A stretch of DNA of 63,817 nucleotides, counting the filler, from Perkinsus chesapeaki ATCC PRA-425 (Eukaryota > Protista > Perkinsozoa), in the NCBI GenBank assembly GCA_013115145.1. It is 8 parts of 8 records of this genome, joined end to end, with 100 filler letters (N's around TTAATTAATTAA, not from the genome) between each part and the next. Parts side by side here need not be neighbours in the genome. Positions count along the whole stretch, not along the records: positions 62,337 to 63,817 come from JAAPAO010001937.1; 7 more parts are not named here. One strand, 5' to 3'. Every line of letters starts with the position of its first letter. Within the stretch, counting starts at the first letter, position 1. Position numbers and translations under genes: made by a program. Below the pieces are notes generated by a model. That model was given only the letters and a program-made list of their open reading frames with translations, was not told the DNA's origin and made no database searches. Shown one piece after another: positions 62,453 to 63,817 of this stretch.

Positions 62453-63730
62453 GGTATATGATAATTGACTTCAACAAGTTCTCTCCTAACAAACCGTTGA
62501 GCGAGAATCTTCTCTGGGTCGTTGAATCGGTACCAGGTGAGCAACCCGTGACGTATGAAGATACAGGAATGCTTTTCTAATTAGGCCTGACTATCGGCGC
62601 AGACCTCACGGAAGCTCTGCGATGGGGCTACTGGGCATCGTAGGTTGCTAACGATAAACTGAGCCCTCGTGGTTTGCTATCCCTTACAACATGGCGTTGT
62701 TTTCATCTTCGCTTATGAGAGCCCCTTCCTTTGCCACTATAATAGTATAACTTTGCTCCATTGGAAAAAGCGGTTTGAAGTTGAAGTCGCTCTCTACTGA
62801 AAATAGGACCGACCATGAACAGGTATAACTCGCCTTACTTCCCGGAAGTTCGTAAGATATCTGGTTATGATGGAGCGTAAGTGTTCACTGAGTCGAGTAT
62901 AGATGGAGTGGGCTGCAGGTACAATAAGACACATAATCCTTCATTCACGTTCGATCTAGCTGCAAGAGGGGAAATCTTCAGACGGGACAGCCACTTAGCT
63001 GCTTCGACGAGCGAGGTATGGTCACCGTTTTATCGCTACAGTAAATGATAAAAGCACAGCTATTCAACCGTATAGATGAGCGTAGATTGAATACTCTAGA
63101 CCATTGTGGCGTTGAGGACAGGAATATTCGTTTTACGTTGTAAATCTTCATTCAGCTGCGCGAGCTTCATGTTGGCATTTCAGCCAAGGAATGCGGTATG
63201 AATTTGAATTGTATATCTCGAATGGAGCAACCATTATCGACCTCGGATCGGGTCGGACGAGAATGCCGAATCATGTGCCAGAGAGCGCACGTGAGTTTTG
63301 CAGGTCATGGATCTTGCCGAGCTCATACGGAGCAATCGGTACACCGAGGATCCATTTTCTAGGAGTGACCCTACCTTAGCGCTCTGCGCTCGAGGGGATC
63401 TTTCGGATGGCACTCCGGTGAGCAGCGCTGTGTCATTCACGGCACGACGGCATATGTCAGCTGGCCAACGGGTGCTATGATACCAAAGCGACCAACTACA
63501 GTTGGGGGTATCAGCACATGAGAAGTGTTATTCAGGCTGGACCTACGATGTGGGTCACTAAAGGCGCAGCTGGGGTTTGGAAGGTTCAGCGCAGGTACGG
63601 TCCTGACTTGAAGCCATTTAACTGGGAAGAGTATGAGAAGAAGGAAAATCGTACAGCGGCATCGCATCGAGGCCTTCCAAACGAGTAAGGAGTGGGTTGT
63701 TGTTACTACACCATTTCAAGATCTAATTAG
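62453..63730 (+). CDS. phospholipase B-like (Ntn-hydrolase, PLBD2-type) protein, C-terminal exons; 5' part beyond gap
   Basis: YMIIDFNKF, LWVVESVPG, WGYWASYNSPYF, ARGEIFRRD, IRSNRYTEDP...CARGDL, YDTKAT, GPT, FNWEE...SHRGLP. Confidence 0.85.
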
Positions 63731-63817
63731 TAGAAGCCAAGATGAAATTAATATAGCCCAGAACAGATTAGTAAAAGCCAAGACCAAATTAATATAGCCC
63801 AGAACAAATTAGTAAAA
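63725..63817. repeat. 41-bp tandem repeat running off window end
   Basis: aagccaaga(tg/cc)aaattaatatagcccagaaca(g/a)attagta, two copies. Confidence 0.85.

Overview
Gene-dense, intron-rich eukaryotic DNA from a myzozoan alveolate, most likely Perkinsus. This is inferred from the many short GT-AG introns, an apicomplexan-type QCR7, a plasmepsin IX/X-like protease, flagellar PF20 and a dinoflagellate-style TIR-like membrane protein. It is a pseudo-scaffold: several N gaps contain an artificial TTAATTAATTAA linker. Most ORF-track entries are exon fragments or shadow frames, so genes were rebuilt by eye across introns and boundaries are approximate. Recognisable genes: 2xRRM protein, FkbM-type methyltransferase, sushi-like membrane protein, secreted kelch protein, double-domain cathepsin X/Z, PAM2+GYF protein, PF20/SPAG16, TPR protein, intronless TIR-like polytopic membrane protein, aspartic protease, amino-acid transporter, QCR7, Thr-rich mucin and a phospholipase B-like gene. 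There is also a decayed tyrosine-recombinase (Ngaro/DIRS-like) retrotransposon and several minisatellites. The most unusual observation is that short spliceosomal introns in four unrelated genes contain or consist mainly of tRNA 3'-half-like sequence (variable loop, T-arm/B-box, usually acceptor strand plus discriminator A), in sense or antisense orientation. A fifth, better preserved half sits outside any recognised gene. Second, the retroelement's gag and pol are in one frame, separated by a single UGA-CGG readthrough-type stop.
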